This document shows, piece after piece, positions 1 to 14,069 of a stretch of 64,000 bases of DNA. Each line of letters starts with the position of its first letter. Positions within the stretch are counted from its first letter, which is position 1. A program made the position numbers and the translations under genes. Below the pieces are notes generated by a model. It was not told the DNA's origin. It saw nothing but the letters and a program-made list of their open reading frames with translations, and did not search any database. The DNA is from Chiloscyllium plagiosum (Eukaryota): the NCBI RefSeq assembly GCF_004010195.1, contig NC_057719.1, positions 9,395,804 to 9,459,803 of the forward strand, read 5' to 3'.

Positions 1-450
1 AACATCTACTGAATCTTCTCTGCACTCTCTCTGGTGTGATCATATCCTTCTTGAAGTGTGGTGATCAGAACTGCACGCAGTACACCAGCTGTGACTTAGC
101 TAACATCTCATACAGCTCTGACATAACTTCCCTGCTCTTGTATTCAGTGCCACATCTTATGCCCTTCTTAAGCATGCTATCGATCTGCCTTGTTGCCTTC
201 AAGGACTTGTGGATGTACACACTGAGATCCCTCTGATCCTCAGTACATCCCAGGGTGCTGCCATTCATTCTATACTCCCTCGCTTTGCTAATCTTCCCAA
301 AATCCCTGACACTATCACATCATCTCGCACAATTCAGTATCAAACTACATTTTGCAGTGTCCTATCCATTTGACCAATCTACTGATATAATCCTATCGTC
401 TATTTATTATTTACCACACCACAAACTTTTGTATGATCCATGAACTTACT
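1..450 (-). mobile_element. Old, degenerate CR1-like LINE ORF2 (RT C-terminal) fragment
   Basis: Minus frame reads ...LVYCVQF(W)SPHFKKD...ERVQRRF, the typical CR1 post-RT motif; heavily decayed. Confidence 0.6.
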
Positions 451-463
451 GAACAAACCACAT

Positions 464-906
464 ACATAGAACAGAGATTATAGAATGTTACAGAGCAGTC
501 CAGGTCTTTTGGCCCATGATGTTGTGCCGACCTGTGAAAGTAACCTGATGCCCATCTAACCTACAACGTTCCATTATTATACATATGTAAGTCCAATGCC
601 CATTTAAATCCCTTTAACGTCTACTACTGTTGTAGGCTGGCTGTTCCACGCCCCTATTACTCTCTGAGTGAAGAAACTACCCCTGACATCTGTCCTAAAT
701 CTATCACCCCTCAATTTAAAACTATGTCCCCTCATGTTAGCCTTCACCATCCGAGGAAAAAGGCTCTCACTGTCCACCCTATCTAACCCTCTGATTATCT
801 TATACGTCTCGATTAAGTCACCTCTCAACCTTCTCTCCAATGAAAACAGCCTCAGTTCCCTCAGCCTTTCCTCATAAGTCCTTTCTCCTACACCAGGCAA
901 GATCCT
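464..906 (-). mobile_element. CR1/HER1 LINE 3' fragment
   Basis: ORF 604..960 contains YEERLRELRLFSLERRLRGDLIETYKIIRGLDRVD...FFTQRV, followed by a 3' UTR and short-repeat tail. Confidence 0.9.
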
Positions 907-914
907 AAATGACA

Positions 915-1530
915 CAGGACCTCCCACCTGGACGTGACGGTCAAGAAGGCACAACAACATCTCTTCTTTCTCAGGTGGCTGAGGAAATTTGGCATGTCCT
1001 CACCAATTTTTACAGCTGCAGCAGAGAAAATACATTGTCCAGGTGCATAACGGCCTGGTACGGCAACTGCTCAGCCCAGGATGGTAAGAAACTACAGAAG
1101 GTGGTGTGCATGGGCCAGACCATCACAGAAGCCAACCTCCCATCCATGGACTCTATTTTCTCTTTTCGTTGCTGCTGAAAGGCTGCCAGCCTCATCAAAA
1201 GCCCCTCCCATCCCGGTAGTGCTCTCCTACAACCTCTTCCATCAGGCAGAAGATGCAGAAACATGAACACACACACCAACAGGTTCAAGAACAGCTTCTT
1301 CCCTGCCATTATTAGGCTGATAAATGGACTGTCTAAATTCAAGTACTGCTGATTTTGTTAATGTTGATATTGTTCTATGCACTTCCTGTGCAGTGTAACC
1401 AGAATGCCTCACTCAATCTAAGCAGCCTATGATCTGTATGTCCTTGCTTGCTACGATTGGCCTATACTGCTTGCAAACAAAGCTTTTCACTGTACATAGG
1501 TCTACATGACTACAAAAAATCAAATCAAAA
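915..1530 (+). mobile_element. Rex1/Babar-clade LINE 3' fragment
   Basis: Translates to TVKKAQQHLFFLRWLRKFGM / LTNFYSC..ENTLSRCITAWYGNCSAQDGKKLQKVV / LLPSGRR; ends in an aatcaaatcaaa tail. Confidence 0.8.
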
Positions 1531-1574
1531 CATACAACAAGTGATGAAGTAGTACACCACTGAACAAAGGCTTC

Positions 1575-1805
1575 CACGTGGGTCAATCCAGGCAAGGATG
1601 GCAGATTTCCTTTCCTTCAAGGGGAGACAGGTTTTCAACAACAATTGACATTTGTTACATGGTTGGCACTGAACTAACATTCTTTAATAATTCCAGATTT
1701 TACAAAATTCCCATTCGAACCATCTATCATGGTAAGTTTTGAACCAACATTAACCAACCTGAGGTTCTGGATTATCAGTCCAGTGACATCACCGTGATGC
1801 CACCT
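1575..1805 (-). mobile_element. DeuSINE-like (SacSINE1-like) SINE, 5' part
   Basis: Reverse complement matches the copies at 34035-34350 and 36432-36700 (tRNA-like head, ggaaatctgccatccttg core). Confidence 0.55.
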
Positions 1806-2557
1806 CCTTCTTCCACACCTGCATAAGAGCTCCAACAAATTTGTTCAACATATCGACTCTGCACAATCATTTCATTACTTTCTTTGGGTTCAGTTGTTAT
1901 CACATCCTTCATAATAGATTCTAACATTTTCCCCACCGTTTAAACTAACATGACTTTAGTTCTCTATGTTCTTTTTTCCTCAACTTCTTAAGTGGAAGGA
2001 TTTCATTTACTACTTTCCTATCTGCAGGATCCTTTCCAGAATCTTTTGAAACATGAAAGCTGACCACCAACGAACTCATTATCTCTACAGACACCTCCAT
2101 GGTGTCTGGAATGTAGCTGGTCTGGTCCAGGGGATTTATCCAATACTTACTTGTTCAAATCCTATCTCTTTATCAAAACTAATTTATTTCAGTTTTTCTC
2201 TCTCTCATATATCCCTTGATTCCCTTGTATTTGTAAGTAATTTTCTGTCTCTTCCCTTGAAGACAGCCATATATGAATTGTTTATTTAGTCCAACATTTA
2301 TTTATTTTTCATTCTAAATTCACCACCTTGCAACTGTAATGCACCCACATATTTTCTTGTCAATCCTTGCCTTTTCACAAAACTAACATGCAATTACAGT
2401 CTACCTGTGTGTCTTTCACTGGCTTGCATTCATATTCTCTTTTCTGTTTCTTTATTTGATTCCTGATCGGGTTTTTGCTGGATTCTACATTGCTCCCAAT
2501 CCTTGAGCTTACCACATTTTCTGCCAACTTTATAAGGCACTTCCTTTGACCAACTGC

Positions 2558-3222
2558 AATCATAAAATCATAGAGTTATACAGCGCAGAAACAGATCCTT
2601 CAGTCCAACTCATCCATGCTGACCAGATATCCTGAACTAATCTAGTCCCATTTGCCAGCATTTGCTCCAATAGTCTTCCTATTCATGTACCCAACAAAAA
2701 TGCCTTTTAAATGCCATAAATGTACTAGCCTCCACCATTTCCTCTGGCAGCTCATTCCATACATGTCCTACCCTCTGCATAAAAAAGTTATCCCTCAGGT
2801 TCCTTTTAAATCTTGCCCCTCTCATCTTAAACCTATGGTCTCAAGTTTTAGGTTTCCCTACCCTGGGGAAAAGACCTTTGCTCTTTACACTATCCATGCC
2901 CCTCATGATTTTCTAAACCTTTATAAGGTCACCCCTCAGCCTCCAATGTTCCAGTGAAAACAGCCCCAGCTTATTCCCTGCAGCTCAAATCCTCCAGTCC
3001 TGGCAACATCCTTGTAAATATTTTCTGAAATCTTTGAAGTTTCACAACATCTTACCATAGTAGGAAGAACAGAACTGAACACAGTATTCTAAAAGTGGTC
3101 TCACCAATGTCCTGTACAGCCTCAAAATGGCCGCCCAACTCGAAGTCTCCAATGCACTGCCCAATGAAGTCAAGCACACCAATCACCTTCGTCACCACTC
3201 TGTCTACCTGTGATTCCACTTC
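2558..3222 (-). mobile_element. CR1/HER1 LINE 3' fragment
   Basis: CR1 ORF2 C-terminus with 3' UTR and ctctatga-type tail (seen as tcatagag on +). Confidence 0.9.
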
Positions 3223-3223
3223 G

Positions 3224-4320
3224 AGTCATAAAGTCATAGAGATGTACAGCACGGAAACAGACCTTTCGGTCTAATTCGTCCATGCTGACCAGATATCCTA
3301 ACCTAATTTAGTCCCATTTACCAACACGTGGCCCATATCTCTCTAAACCTTCCTATTCATATACCCATCCAGATGCCTTTTAAATGTTGCAATTGTACCA
3401 GCCTCCACCACTTCCTCTGGCAGTCATCCCATACACGCACCACCCTCTGTATGAAAAAGTTGCCCATTAGGTCCCTTTTACATCTTTACCCCCCTCATTC
3501 TAAACCTATGCCGTCTAGTTCTGGACACCCCCACCCCAGGGAAAAAATCTTGTCCATTTACTCTCTCCATGCCCCTCATGATTTTATAAACCTCTATAAG
3601 GTCACCCCTCAATCTCCGAAACTTCATCAAAAACAGCCCCAGCATATTCAGCGTCTCCCTATAGCTCAAATCCTTCAAACCTGGCAACATCCTTGTAAAT
3701 CGTTTCTGAATCTTTCCAAATTTCGCAACATCCTTCCAACAGGAAGGAGACCAGAAATGCAATATTCCAAAAGTAGCCTAACCAATGCCACAATCACAAC
3801 ATGACCTCCCAACTCCTGTACTCAATACTCTGACCAATAAAGGAAAGTATACCCAATGCCTTCTTCACTATCCTATCTACCTTTAACTCTACTTTCAAGG
3901 AGCTATGAACCTGCACTCCAAGGCCTCTTTGTTCAGCAACACTTCCTTGGTCCTTACCATTAAGTGTATAAGTCCTGCTCTGATTTGCTTTTCCAAAATG
4001 CAGCACCTTGCATTTATCTAAATTAAACTCCATCTGCCACTCCTCAGCCCATTGGCCCATCTGAGGTGACCTTCTTCACTGTCCACCACACCTTCAATTT
4101 TGGTGTCATCTGCAAACTTACTAACTATACGTCCTATGTTCATATCCAAATCATTCATATAAATGGCAAAAAGTAGTGGACCCAGCACCGATCCTTGTGG
4201 CATTCCACTGGTCACAGGCCTCCAGCCTGAAAAGCAACCCTCCACCACAACCTTCTGTATTCTACCTTCGAGCCAGTTCTGTATCCAAATGGCTGGTTCT
4301 CCCGGTACATGAGATCTAAG
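3224..4320 (-). mobile_element. CR1/HER1 LINE, 5'-truncated (RT core to tail)
   Basis: ORFs 4018..4248 ([19 protein letters not shown]), 3794..4060 (WQMEFNLDKCKVLHFG) and 3478..3762. Confidence 0.93.
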
Positions 4321-4336
4321 TTGTATAAGACTTTGG

Positions 4337-5643
4337 TGAAAATAGATAAGTCCCCTGGGCCTGATGGCATTTATCCTAGGATTCCCTGGGAAGCAAGGGA
4401 GGAGATTGCAGAGCCATTGGCCTTGATTTTTATGTCCTCGTTGTCTACAGGAGTAGTGCCAGAAGACTGGAGGCTAGCAAATGTGGTTCCCTTGTTCAAG
4501 AAGGGGAGTAGGGATAACCCTAGTAACTATAGGCCGGTGAATCTCACTTCTGTTGTGGGCAAAATCTTAGAGAGAATTGTAAGGCATAGGATTTATGAAC
4601 ATCTGGATAGGAATAATGTGATCAAGGATAGTCAGCATGGTTTTGTGAAGGACAGGTCGTGCCTCACNNNNNNNNNNNNNNNNNNNNNNNNNNNNNNNNN
4701 NNNNNNNNNNNNNNNNNNNNNNNNNNNNNNNNNNNNNNNNNNNNNNNNNNNNNNNNNNNNNNNNNNNNNNNNNNNNNNNNNNNNNNNNNNNNNNNNNNNN
4801 NNNNNNNNNNNNNNNNNNNNNNNNNNNNNNNNNNNNNNNNNNNNNNNNNNNNNNNNNNNNNNNNNNNNNNNNNNNNNNNNNNNNNNNNNNNNNNNNNNNN
4901 NNNNNNNNNNNNNNNNNNNNNNNNNNNNNNNNNNNNNNNNNNNNNNNNNNNNNNNNNNNNNNNNNNNNNNNNNNNNNNNNNNNNNNNNNNNNNNNNNNNN
5001 NNNNNNNNNNNNNNNNNNNNNNNNNNNNNNNNNNNNNNNNNNNNNNNNNNNNNNNNNNNNNNNNNNNNNNNNNNNNNNNNNNNNNNNNNNNNNNNNNNNN
5101 NNNNNNNNNNNNNNNNNNNNNNNNNNNNNNNNNNNNNNNNNNNNNNNNNNNNNNNNNNNNNNNNNNNNNNNNNNNNNNNNNNNNNNNNNNNNNNNNNNNN
5201 NNNNNNNNNNNNNNNNNNNNNNNNNNNNNNNNNNNNNNNNNNNNNNNNNNNNNNNNNNNNNNNNNNNNNNNNNNNNNNNNNNNNNNNNNNNNNNNNNNNN
5301 NNNNNNNNNNNNNNNNNNNNNNNNNNNNNNNNNNNNNNNNNNNNNNNNNNNNNNNNNNNNNNNNNNNNNNNNNNNNNNNNNNNNNNNNNNNNNNNNNNNN
5401 NNNNNNNNNNNNNNNNNNNNNNNNNNNNNNNNNNNNNNNNNNNNNNNNNNNNNNNNNNNNNNNNNNNNNNNNNNNNNNNNNNNNNNNNNNNNNNNNCTCT
5501 CCCTCTTTATGGGCATTTAAGCGGGCATTGGATAGGCATATGGAGGATAGTGGGCTAGTGTAGGTTAGGTGGGCTTGGATCGGCGCAACATCGAGGGCCA
5601 AAGGGCCTGTACTGCGCTGTATTCTTCTATGTTCTATGTTCTA
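4337..5643 (+). mobile_element. CR1 LINE spanning the assembly gap
   Basis: KIDKSPGPDGIYPR...NYRPVNLTSVVGKILE...SQHGFVKDRSCL before the gap; CR1 3' UTR with (ttctatg)n tail after it. Confidence 0.85.
4668..5496. other. Assembly gap (829 N)
   Basis: Run of N. Confidence 1.
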
Positions 5644-6435
5644 ACCACTTTAATGTCTTTTGTTAGCCATGGTTAATTCGGGAGCGTTTAGGTGTTTGGG
5701 TGTTTGTTCCCTTTTGTGACCTTTTCACAATAAAAAATAAGGGCAGTAGAGAGTGGTAAATTGAGACCGAAGTTCCAAAATAAGTGTTAAATATCCATCT
5801 CCTCCTTCGGGACTGAAAGAGTAACAGTGACAATGAACTGAATGCAAGATTCCTCTGCTTGACCAGAGAACTGGTTGGAGTGCTATCTCTGCTTAAATGC
5901 CTTGTATATACGACACAACTATCACATTTTATCAATAAATAATGTTGCAATCTGCATTCTATAAAATAAAACTTGATTCATTTATTAAAACTAAAACATC
6001 CAAGACTATTCAAGAGAAATAGCAATAAATCCTTAAATTGTATTTTCTTCTTCCTCCTTTAGTTTTTTTCATCACTTTTCCTGTGATTGGATGTGGTAGA
6101 GATATTATTTTTAGTGAGCTGTTCTCTCCCCATTCTTCATTTGCTTGTTCTGGTATCTGTAACAAGCTGTATTCCTTTTTAAAATTGCAAATCAGGACCC
6201 TGTTGTGACAATTGTGGTTTGAAGGCTACTGTGAAAAGCACCGCATTAAAAATAAACTGCAACTCCCCTGAGAATGTTTCTGGCTTAGCATCACTTGGCT
6301 ACAGAGAAAACGTTTAGCCTTTATTGGTTTAGAAACTTTATTGGTGTCCATTACTTACTTACACCTGGTTGATAGTTTGTTTGATTCCTGTAAGGGGTCC
6401 TTATCTCAGAAGATAAAAGTGGTGACACAACAAGA

Positions 6436-9400
6436 TGTAAGACCATAAGACATAGGAGTGGAAGTGAGACCATTTGGCCCATCGAGTCCACTCCGCCATT
6501 TAATCATGGCTGATGGACATTTCAACTCCACTTACCCGCACTCTCCCCATAGCCCTTAATTCCTTGCGAGGTCAAGAATTTGCCAGTCTCTGCCTTGAAG
6601 ACATTTAATGTCCCAGCCTTCACTGCACTCAGTGGCAATGAATTCCACAGGCCCACCGCTCTCTGGCTGAAGAAATGTCTCCTCATTTCCATTCTAAATT
6701 GTCCCCCTCGAATTCTAAGGCTGTGCCCACGGGTCCTAGTCTGCTGCCTAACGGAAACAATTTCCCAGCATCCACCCTTTCTAAGCCATGCATTATCTTA
6801 TAAGTTTCTATTAGATCTCCCCTCAGCCTTTTAAACTCTAATGAATACAATCCCAGGATCCTCAGCCATTCATCATATGTTAGGCCTACCATTCCAGGGA
6901 TCATCCGTGTGAGTCTCCGCTGGACACGCCCCAGTGCCAGTATGTCCTTCCTGAGGTGTGAGGCCCAGAATTGGATACAGTATTCTAAAATGTGACCTAA
7001 CTAGAGCTTCATAAAGTCTCAGAAGCAAATCGCTGCTCTTACATTCCAAACCTCTTGAGATAAATGACAACATTACATTTGCTTTCTTAATCATGGACTC
7101 AACCTGCAAGTCAACCTTTAGAGAATCCTGGATTAGCACTCCCAGATCCCTATGTACTTTGACTTTATGAATCTTCTCACAATTTAGAAAATAGTCCTTG
7201 CCTGTATTCTCTTTACCAAAGTGCAAGACCTCACATTTGCTCACATTTGATGTCATCAGCCATTTCCTGGACCACTCTCCTAAACTGTCTAAATCTTTGT
7301 GCAGCCTCCCACCTCCTCAGTACTACCTGCCTGTCAACCTAACTTCATATCACTGGCAAACTTCACCAGAATGCTCCCAGTCCCTTCCCCCAGATCATTA
7401 ATATATAGAGTGAAAAGCTGCAGCCCCAACACTGAACCCTGCAGGACACCACTTGTCACCGGCTGCCATTCTGAAAAAGAACCTTTTACCCCAACTCTCT
7501 GCCTTCTGTCAGACAGCCAATCCCAGTCCATGCCAGTAGGTCACCTTGAGCACCATGGGCCCCCACCATACTCAGCAGCCTCCTATGAGACACCTTATCA
7601 AAAGCCTTTAGGAAGTCTAGATAGATAACATCCATTGGGTTTCCCTGGTCTAACCTACTTGTTATCTCTTCAAAGAATTCCAATAGGTTTGTCTGACACA
7701 ACCGCCCCTTACGAAATCCAAACTGACTTGTTCTAATCCAAACCTGCGCTTTCAGGAATTTAGAAATCTCACCCTTAATGATGGATTCTAGAATTTTACC
7801 AACAACAGAGGTTATGGTTAACCAGCCTATAATTTTCCATCTTTTGTCTTCATCCTTTCTTGAACAAGGGGGCTACAACAGTGATTTTCCAATCATCTTG
7901 GACTTTCCTGACTCCTTGAAAGATCACAACCAATGCCTCCGCTGTTTCCTCAGCCACCTCCCTCGGAACTCTAGGATGTGGCCCATCAGGGTCTGGAGAT
8001 TTATCAATTTTTAGATCTTTTAGCTTTTCTAGCATTTTCTCTTTTGTAATGGCTACCATACTCAACCTTGCCCCCTGACTTTCCTTAATTGTTGGGCTAT
8101 TATTCCTGTCTTCCAATGTGAAGACTGACACAAAATACTCAATAGGTTCTTCAGCTATTTCCTTATCTCCCATCACTAGCCTTTCAGCATCAATTTGGAG
8201 CAGCCAGTGTCTACTTTTGCCTCTTGTTTGTTTCTTATGCATTGAAAGAAACTTTTATTATCGTTTCTAATATTATTGGCCAGCTTACCTTCATATTTGA
8301 TCTTCTCTTTCCTTATTTCTCTCTTTGTTATCCTCTGTTTGTTTTTGTAGCCTTCCCAAACTTCTGAGTTCCCAGTGCTCTTGGCCACTTTAAGGGCTCT
8401 CTCTTTTTCTTTGATACATTTCCTGACTTCCTTTGTCAGCTATGGCTGTTTAATCCTCCCTCCAGATAATCTTTCTTTCCTTTGGGATGAACCTCTGTAC
8501 TGTGTCCTCAATTACACCCAGAAACTCCTGCCATTGTTGCTCTACTGTCTTCCCCACTAGGCTCTGTTTCCAGTCGATTTTCATCAGTTCCTCTCTCATG
8601 CCCCTGCAATTCCCTTTAATTAACTGTAGCACCATGACATCTGAATTTGCCTTCTCTCTTTCAAACTGCAGACTGTACTCTACCATATTATGATCGCTGC
8701 CTCCCAAGTATTCCCTTACTTTAAGATCTTTTATGAAGTCTGGCTCATTACATCGCACTAAGTCCTGAATAGCCTGCTCCCTTGTGGGCTCCATCACAAG
8801 CTGTTCCAAAAAGCCATCTTATAAGCATTCCATGAATTTCCTTTCTTTGGAGCCACCAGCAACACTATTCACCCAGTCCACCTGCATACTGAAGTCCCCC
8901 ATGATCACAGTAACCTTGCCTTTCTGACATACCCTATCTATTTCCCGGTACATCTTGTACTCCTGGTCCTGACCACCGTTAGGAGGTCTGGTTTTTTTGG
9001 CATTTGTGGTTCCTCAACTCCACCCACACAGACTCCGCATCATCTGACCCTGTGTCATTCACTGCCATAGATTTAATTTCATTCTTAACTAACAAGGTAA
9101 CCCTGCCCTCTCTGCCAACCTCCCTGCTCCCTGTCTTTTTGATAAGTTGTTAATCTTTGGAGTTTAACTGCCAGTCCTGACCCCCTGCAACCATGTCTCT
9201 GTGATGCCTACCACATCAAAATCATTCATGATGACTTGTGGCATTAATTCATCCAACTTTGTTACAAATACTACAAGCATTCAGGTAAAGTGCCTTAATG
9301 CTAACTTTCTTATAATTATTAGAGATATTGGAAATCGTAAGCTGTCCGAAGTTATCCTTCCTTTTTGCTGCCTTCCTAGTCTGCCTTGAGCTTAAACCCA

Positions 9401-9670
9401 CCTGCACACCTGCTGTCCTGCTGCTTATCTTTCCATGTAACTCCATACTCCCTGTCACTTTCGCTGTCCCTTCTCCCCGACTCAGAAGTTTAAAGTCCCA
9501 GTGACTACCCTATTTGTCCTTTTCGCTAGAACCCTGGTTCCAGGTGGGTTCAGGTGGAGACTGCCCATCGGTACAGATCCCCCCAGGTTCCAAAACTGAT
9601 GCCAATGCCCCATGAAATGGAATCCCTCTTTCCCACACCAATCCCTTAGCCACAGGTTTACTTCCCTAAG
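6436..9670 (-). mobile_element. Long CR1 LINE: end of ORF1 (SGNH esterase-like) plus nearly complete but disrupted ORF2 (APE endonuclease + RT) and 3' tail
   Basis: ORF1 end LWLRDWCGKEGFHFMGHWHQFW..LYRW; ORF2 pieces ALYLNACSICNK, LGGSDHNMV, KSPDPDG, YLDFLKAFDKV, QGSVLG, LRGDLIETYKIM; tcttatgg tail; many frameshifts and stops. Confidence 0.95.
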
Positions 9671-9790
9671 CAGTTCTTTCTCAGCAGAGTGTCTACAGGC
9701 ATGAAAGTGTTAACCAATGAGGTTGGGGGTGGGGGGGGTGGTGTGGTGGGTATGGTCAGGCAATGATGATTGGGAAAGCTGGTGGCAAAG

Positions 9791-10216
9791 GCTGAACAGG
9801 CTGGGGCTGTTTTCCTTGGCGCATCAGAGGCTGAGGGGGTGACCTTATAGAGATTTATAAAATTATGAAGGGCATGGATAGGGTAAATAGGCAAAGTCTT
9901 TTCCCTGGGATCGGGGAGTCCAGAATGAGAGGGCATAGGTTTAGGGTGAGAGGGGAAAGATATAAAAGAGATCTATGGGGCAACTTCTTCACACAGAGGG
10001 TGGTACGTGTATGGAATGAGCTGCCAGAGGAAGTGGTGGAGGCTGGTACAATTACAACTTTTAAAAGGGCATCTGGATAGGTATATGAATAGGAAGGGTT
10101 CGGAGGAATATGTGTCAAATACTGGCAAATGGGATTAAATTAGGTTGGGATATCTGGTCGACGTGGACGAGATGGACCGAAGGGTCTGTTTCTGTGCTGT
10201 ACATCTCTATGACTCT
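9791..10216 (+). mobile_element. CR1/HER1 LINE 3' fragment
   Basis: MKGMDRVNRQSLFP...GNFFTQRVVRVWNELPEEVVEAG; ctctatgactcta tail. Confidence 0.92.
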
Positions 10217-10627
10217 AAGTGGTGACACCACTGAACTAGTACCCCAATAGTTGGCAAAGTGGTTGACTCTGAACTGCTGTCTGGGGTGGCTGACTGAGTC
10301 AGTTTAAGGGTAATTAGGGATGAACAACCATTGCTGGCCTTGTCTGGGACACCCCTATCCCATGAAAGAACAAATAAAAAGAAAAGTTGCAGTTGGACCT
10401 TGAGCCAGATATCAGGGATTCCCCTGGTCTCCCTTTGTGTCACAGAAGTCAACAGACTAAAGGCGCCATTCAGCCCATCCCACTTATACCAGCTCTTTAA
10501 AAGAGGCCTCCAATAATTTTGACTCCACCTAGCTTCCTTTCAAAGCTCTACAAATGCTTCCTCTTCACAGGTTTATCCAACTTAATTTAGACAGGATTTA
10601 TTGAATTTGGTTCAACCAATCTTTCAG

Positions 10628-11320
10628 GTCATAGTCATGGAGTCATCAAGATGTCCAGTACGGAAACAGACCCTTCGGTCCAACCCGTCCATGCCAGCCA
10701 GATATCCTAAATTAATTTAGGCCCATTTGTCAGCACGTGGCCCGTATCCCTCTAAACCCTGCCTATTCATATACCCATTCAAATGCTTCTTAAATGTTGC
10801 AATTGTACCAGCCTCCACCACTTCCTCTGGCAACTCATTCCATACACGTACCACCCTCTGCGTGAAACGATTGTCCATTCGGTCTCTTTTATATCTTTCC
10901 CCTCTCACCCTGAACCTATGCCCTCTAGTTCTGGACTTCCCCATTGCAGGGGAAAGACTTTGCCTATTTACCCTATCCATGCCCCTCATGATTTTATAAA
11001 CCTCTATAAGGTCACCCCTCAGCCTCTGACGCTCCAGGGAAAACAGCCCCAGCCTGTTCAGCCTCTCCCTATAGCTCAAATCCTCCAACCCTGGCAACAT
11101 CCTTGTAAATCTTTTCTGAACCCTTTCAAGTTTCACAAAATCCTTACGATAGGAAGGAGACGAGAATTTCATGCAATATTCCAACAGTGGCCTAATCAAT
11201 GTCCTGTACAGAGGCAACATGACCTCCCAGCTCCTAGCTCCTACACTGAATACTCTGACCAACAAAGGAAAGCATACCAAACGCCTTCTTCACTACCCTA
11301 GTGACCTGCAACTCCACTTT
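10628..11320 (-). mobile_element. CR1/HER1 LINE 3' fragment
   Basis: ORF 10717..11280: LYRTLIRPLLEYC...LRGDLIEVYKIMRG...WNELPEEVVEAG. Confidence 0.93.
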
Positions 11321-11574
11321 GTATTTCACTCTTGACATTCATGGGCAGAGGTTCTCAGCGACAGGCACTTCAAACAAGAGGTCACAGCAGGAGATACATT
11401 CGCAACATTTGGGGAATAGAGGACTACAGATGTTGTGCAGGCAGATGTGATTAATTTAAAATGGCATCACGGTCGGCACAGACATGGTGGACTGAAGGGC
11501 CTGTTCCTGTGCTGTAGTGTTCTACGTTCTAAGAGACTGTGCCACAGAGGTAATATCAATAGCCTAGTACACAC

Positions 11575-12069
11575 GGCAAGACTTATACACTTAATGGTAA
11601 GGTCTTGGGGTGTGTTGCTGAATGAAGAGACCTCGGAGTGCAGGTTAATAGTTCCTCGAAAGTGGAGCCACAGGTAGATGAGATAGTGAAGAAGACATCT
11701 GGTACGCTTGCCTTTATTAGTCAGTGCATTGAGTATAGGAGTTGGGAGGCCATGTTGTGACTGTAAAGGACATTGGTTAGGCCACTTTTGAAATACTGCA
11801 TGAAAGAGAACATGTTTAAAAGGAACCAAGGGTCAGCTTTTTTACGCAGAGGGTGGTGTGTGTATGGAATGAGCTGCCAATGGAAGTGATGGAGGTTGGT
11901 ACGATTACAACATTTAAAAGGCATCTGCATGGCTGTATGAACTGGAAGGATCTAGAGGGATATGGACCAAGTGTTGGTAAATGGGACTTGATTAATTTAG
12001 GATATCTGGTTGGCATGGACGAGTTGGACGAAAGGGTCTATTTCCATGCTATATAGCTTTATGACTCTC
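11575..12069 (+). mobile_element. CR1 3' fragment with an internal deletion near 11800
   Basis: YTLNGKVLG...RPLLKYC joined directly to ...FFTQRVVCVWNELP and the tail. Confidence 0.8.
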
Positions 12070-12310
12070 ATAATCTGGAGGCCTGGGTTAATGAACTGAG
12101 GGATATTAAATCTAGTGAATAAATCTGGAACTGAAAGTGAGTCTAAGTCATGGTGACCATGAGAACTGTCACTGATTATTGGAAAAACCCATCTGGTTCA
12201 CCAATGTCCTTCAGAGAATGAAATCGTCTGGTGTCCAGGCCCACATCAATAGAATGGATTCTCTGTAGCAAGCCATACAGTTCACAGGTAAATAGGGATG
12301 AGTAATAAAT
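12070..12310 (+). mobile_element. DeuSINE-like SINE
   Basis: acccatctggttcaccaatgtcc core and agggatgagtaataaatg tail shared with other copies. Confidence 0.55.
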
Positions 12311-14069
12311 GTGACTAAATTAAAATAATTCTGTAGAGCAACTCGCTGCTTCAAAGAAATGTCTCTTCATGACATCTCTGGTGTGCGTATATTTAAGGTT
12401 GAGAAGGCTGCAATCCAATTCAAGGAGAGTGGATGCCTGAAAACAGGTACCACTTAGTGAATTGTGATTAGAGAGTAAATTTACCTCTTCCAGATGATTT
12501 TATGGAATTGCTGAGTGATTGGTATAATACCAATCCTATTTAGGAGGTCCAAATGACACTACAAATGTGGAAGCTAACCGCAAAATGGCTTGAGTTCATT
12601 GCTTGACCCCAGAGTTATAATGTTGTCATTTTTCCCAGTGCCTATTGTCACAGATTAATCAGTGCATTTTCTAAATGGTTGTATTTTACTCCTGTGATGC
12701 CATACTTTCCTTCTGTCACTTGCAGATGCTGTTGTGATGAATGGCTAAAACAAAATATCAATTTTATGAAGTGGGTCCTCTGGTAATATTGGGTTTGTGA
12801 TAAAAGAGATGATTGCACATTGAATTCTTGATATAGACCTTGCAGCATTAGTGAATTACTTAATGAATTTACTCTCTCCAAGTTTTGTATTGAGATAAAT
12901 GCACTATCTCGGATATATTTGTATTTCATATTATTCCAATCGCAGGACTGTTACGGCGCAGGAGGGGGATATTCAGCCCGTCGTGCCTGCTCCTATTCTA
13001 TTATCCAGTGCCAATCTCCTGCACCACTTCTACCCAAAAATGGATCCAATGCCCCTCTTGAATGCCTCAGTTGAATCTGCTTCCCCCACATTTCCAGGCA
13101 GTGTAGCCCATCCCCGAACTCCGCTGTGTGACATGTTTCACAGTTCACCCATGCACCCTTGCATGTCATTTTAAATCTATACCCTCATGTTCTTGTTACT
13201 TTACCAAGTAGAATTCAACTCTGTCCAGCTTGCTTTTGATTTTGAAAACCTCAATCGGATCTCCTATCCTCAGCCTTCTTCTCTCCAAAGACAGCAATCC
13301 CCAATTCTTGAATCTATCGTCATCGCAGGGGTTTTACCATGCCTGCAGCAGTTCTAATGAGCTGCTTCTGCTCTCTGTCCAAGACGTTCACATCTTCCCC
13401 ACAATGTGACACCTCAACCGTCTTTATATTCAGTAAATGGTTTCTCATTTGGTCATTCACAGCACATCAAACACTTCAGCTGGGATTGCCGTAATAAATT
13501 ATGACATCATAATGACAAATTCCAGGATGGTTGGCAATCAAGAGTTGTCCATTTACGGTTCAATCCCTTTCTCATCGATGTGGGAAGATAGGGAATGTGC
13601 GGACAGGTATGCCGATGACAAGTGGCAGGGAAGGCTGCAGGGTGGGAATGGTTGGATATCGGAAGTCATGCAGTGAAGACGTCGCGTCAGAACTGACAAC
13701 CCTCATGTTAAAACTGAACATGAGGAAAACAGAAATATGGAAAGTAGGAGCCGGAGTAGGCCATTCAGCCCTTTAAGCCTGCTTCACTTTTCAATATGAT
13801 CATGGCTGATCATCCAACTCAGATCCCTTCCTTCCCATATGCATCGATCTTTTCGCCCCAACAACAAAAACTAGTTCCTTCTAGAAAAATGGCTCACAGG
13901 TGAGGATCGTCCAAACACTCCCAATTTATGGGGCTCAGAAGGCAGAAACATCAGCTGGAATTTCCTCAGGGGTGACCCCATTCCACCATCTCCAGGTTTG
14001 GCACTAATCACAGTCAGGTTTCGTATCTCCAGTAGACCATTCATTGGAAAGTGATTTCTAATAAGACAA

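Noticed and set aside
909..1178. Peptide that could be mistaken for a host enzyme domain (ITAWYGNCS)
   Set aside because: It is the C-terminal region of a Rex1/Babar LINE ORF with frameshifts and a LINE tail.
3224..4667. Possible twin-priming inversion at the head-to-head CR1 junction near 4320-4337
   Set aside because: The plus-strand part appears to have its own, different 3' tail after the gap and no TSD brackets the pair, so two separate insertions are more likely.
4309..5601. Long ORFs of 294-403 aa
   Set aside because: Artefacts of translating through the N gap; the real part is CR1 ORF2.
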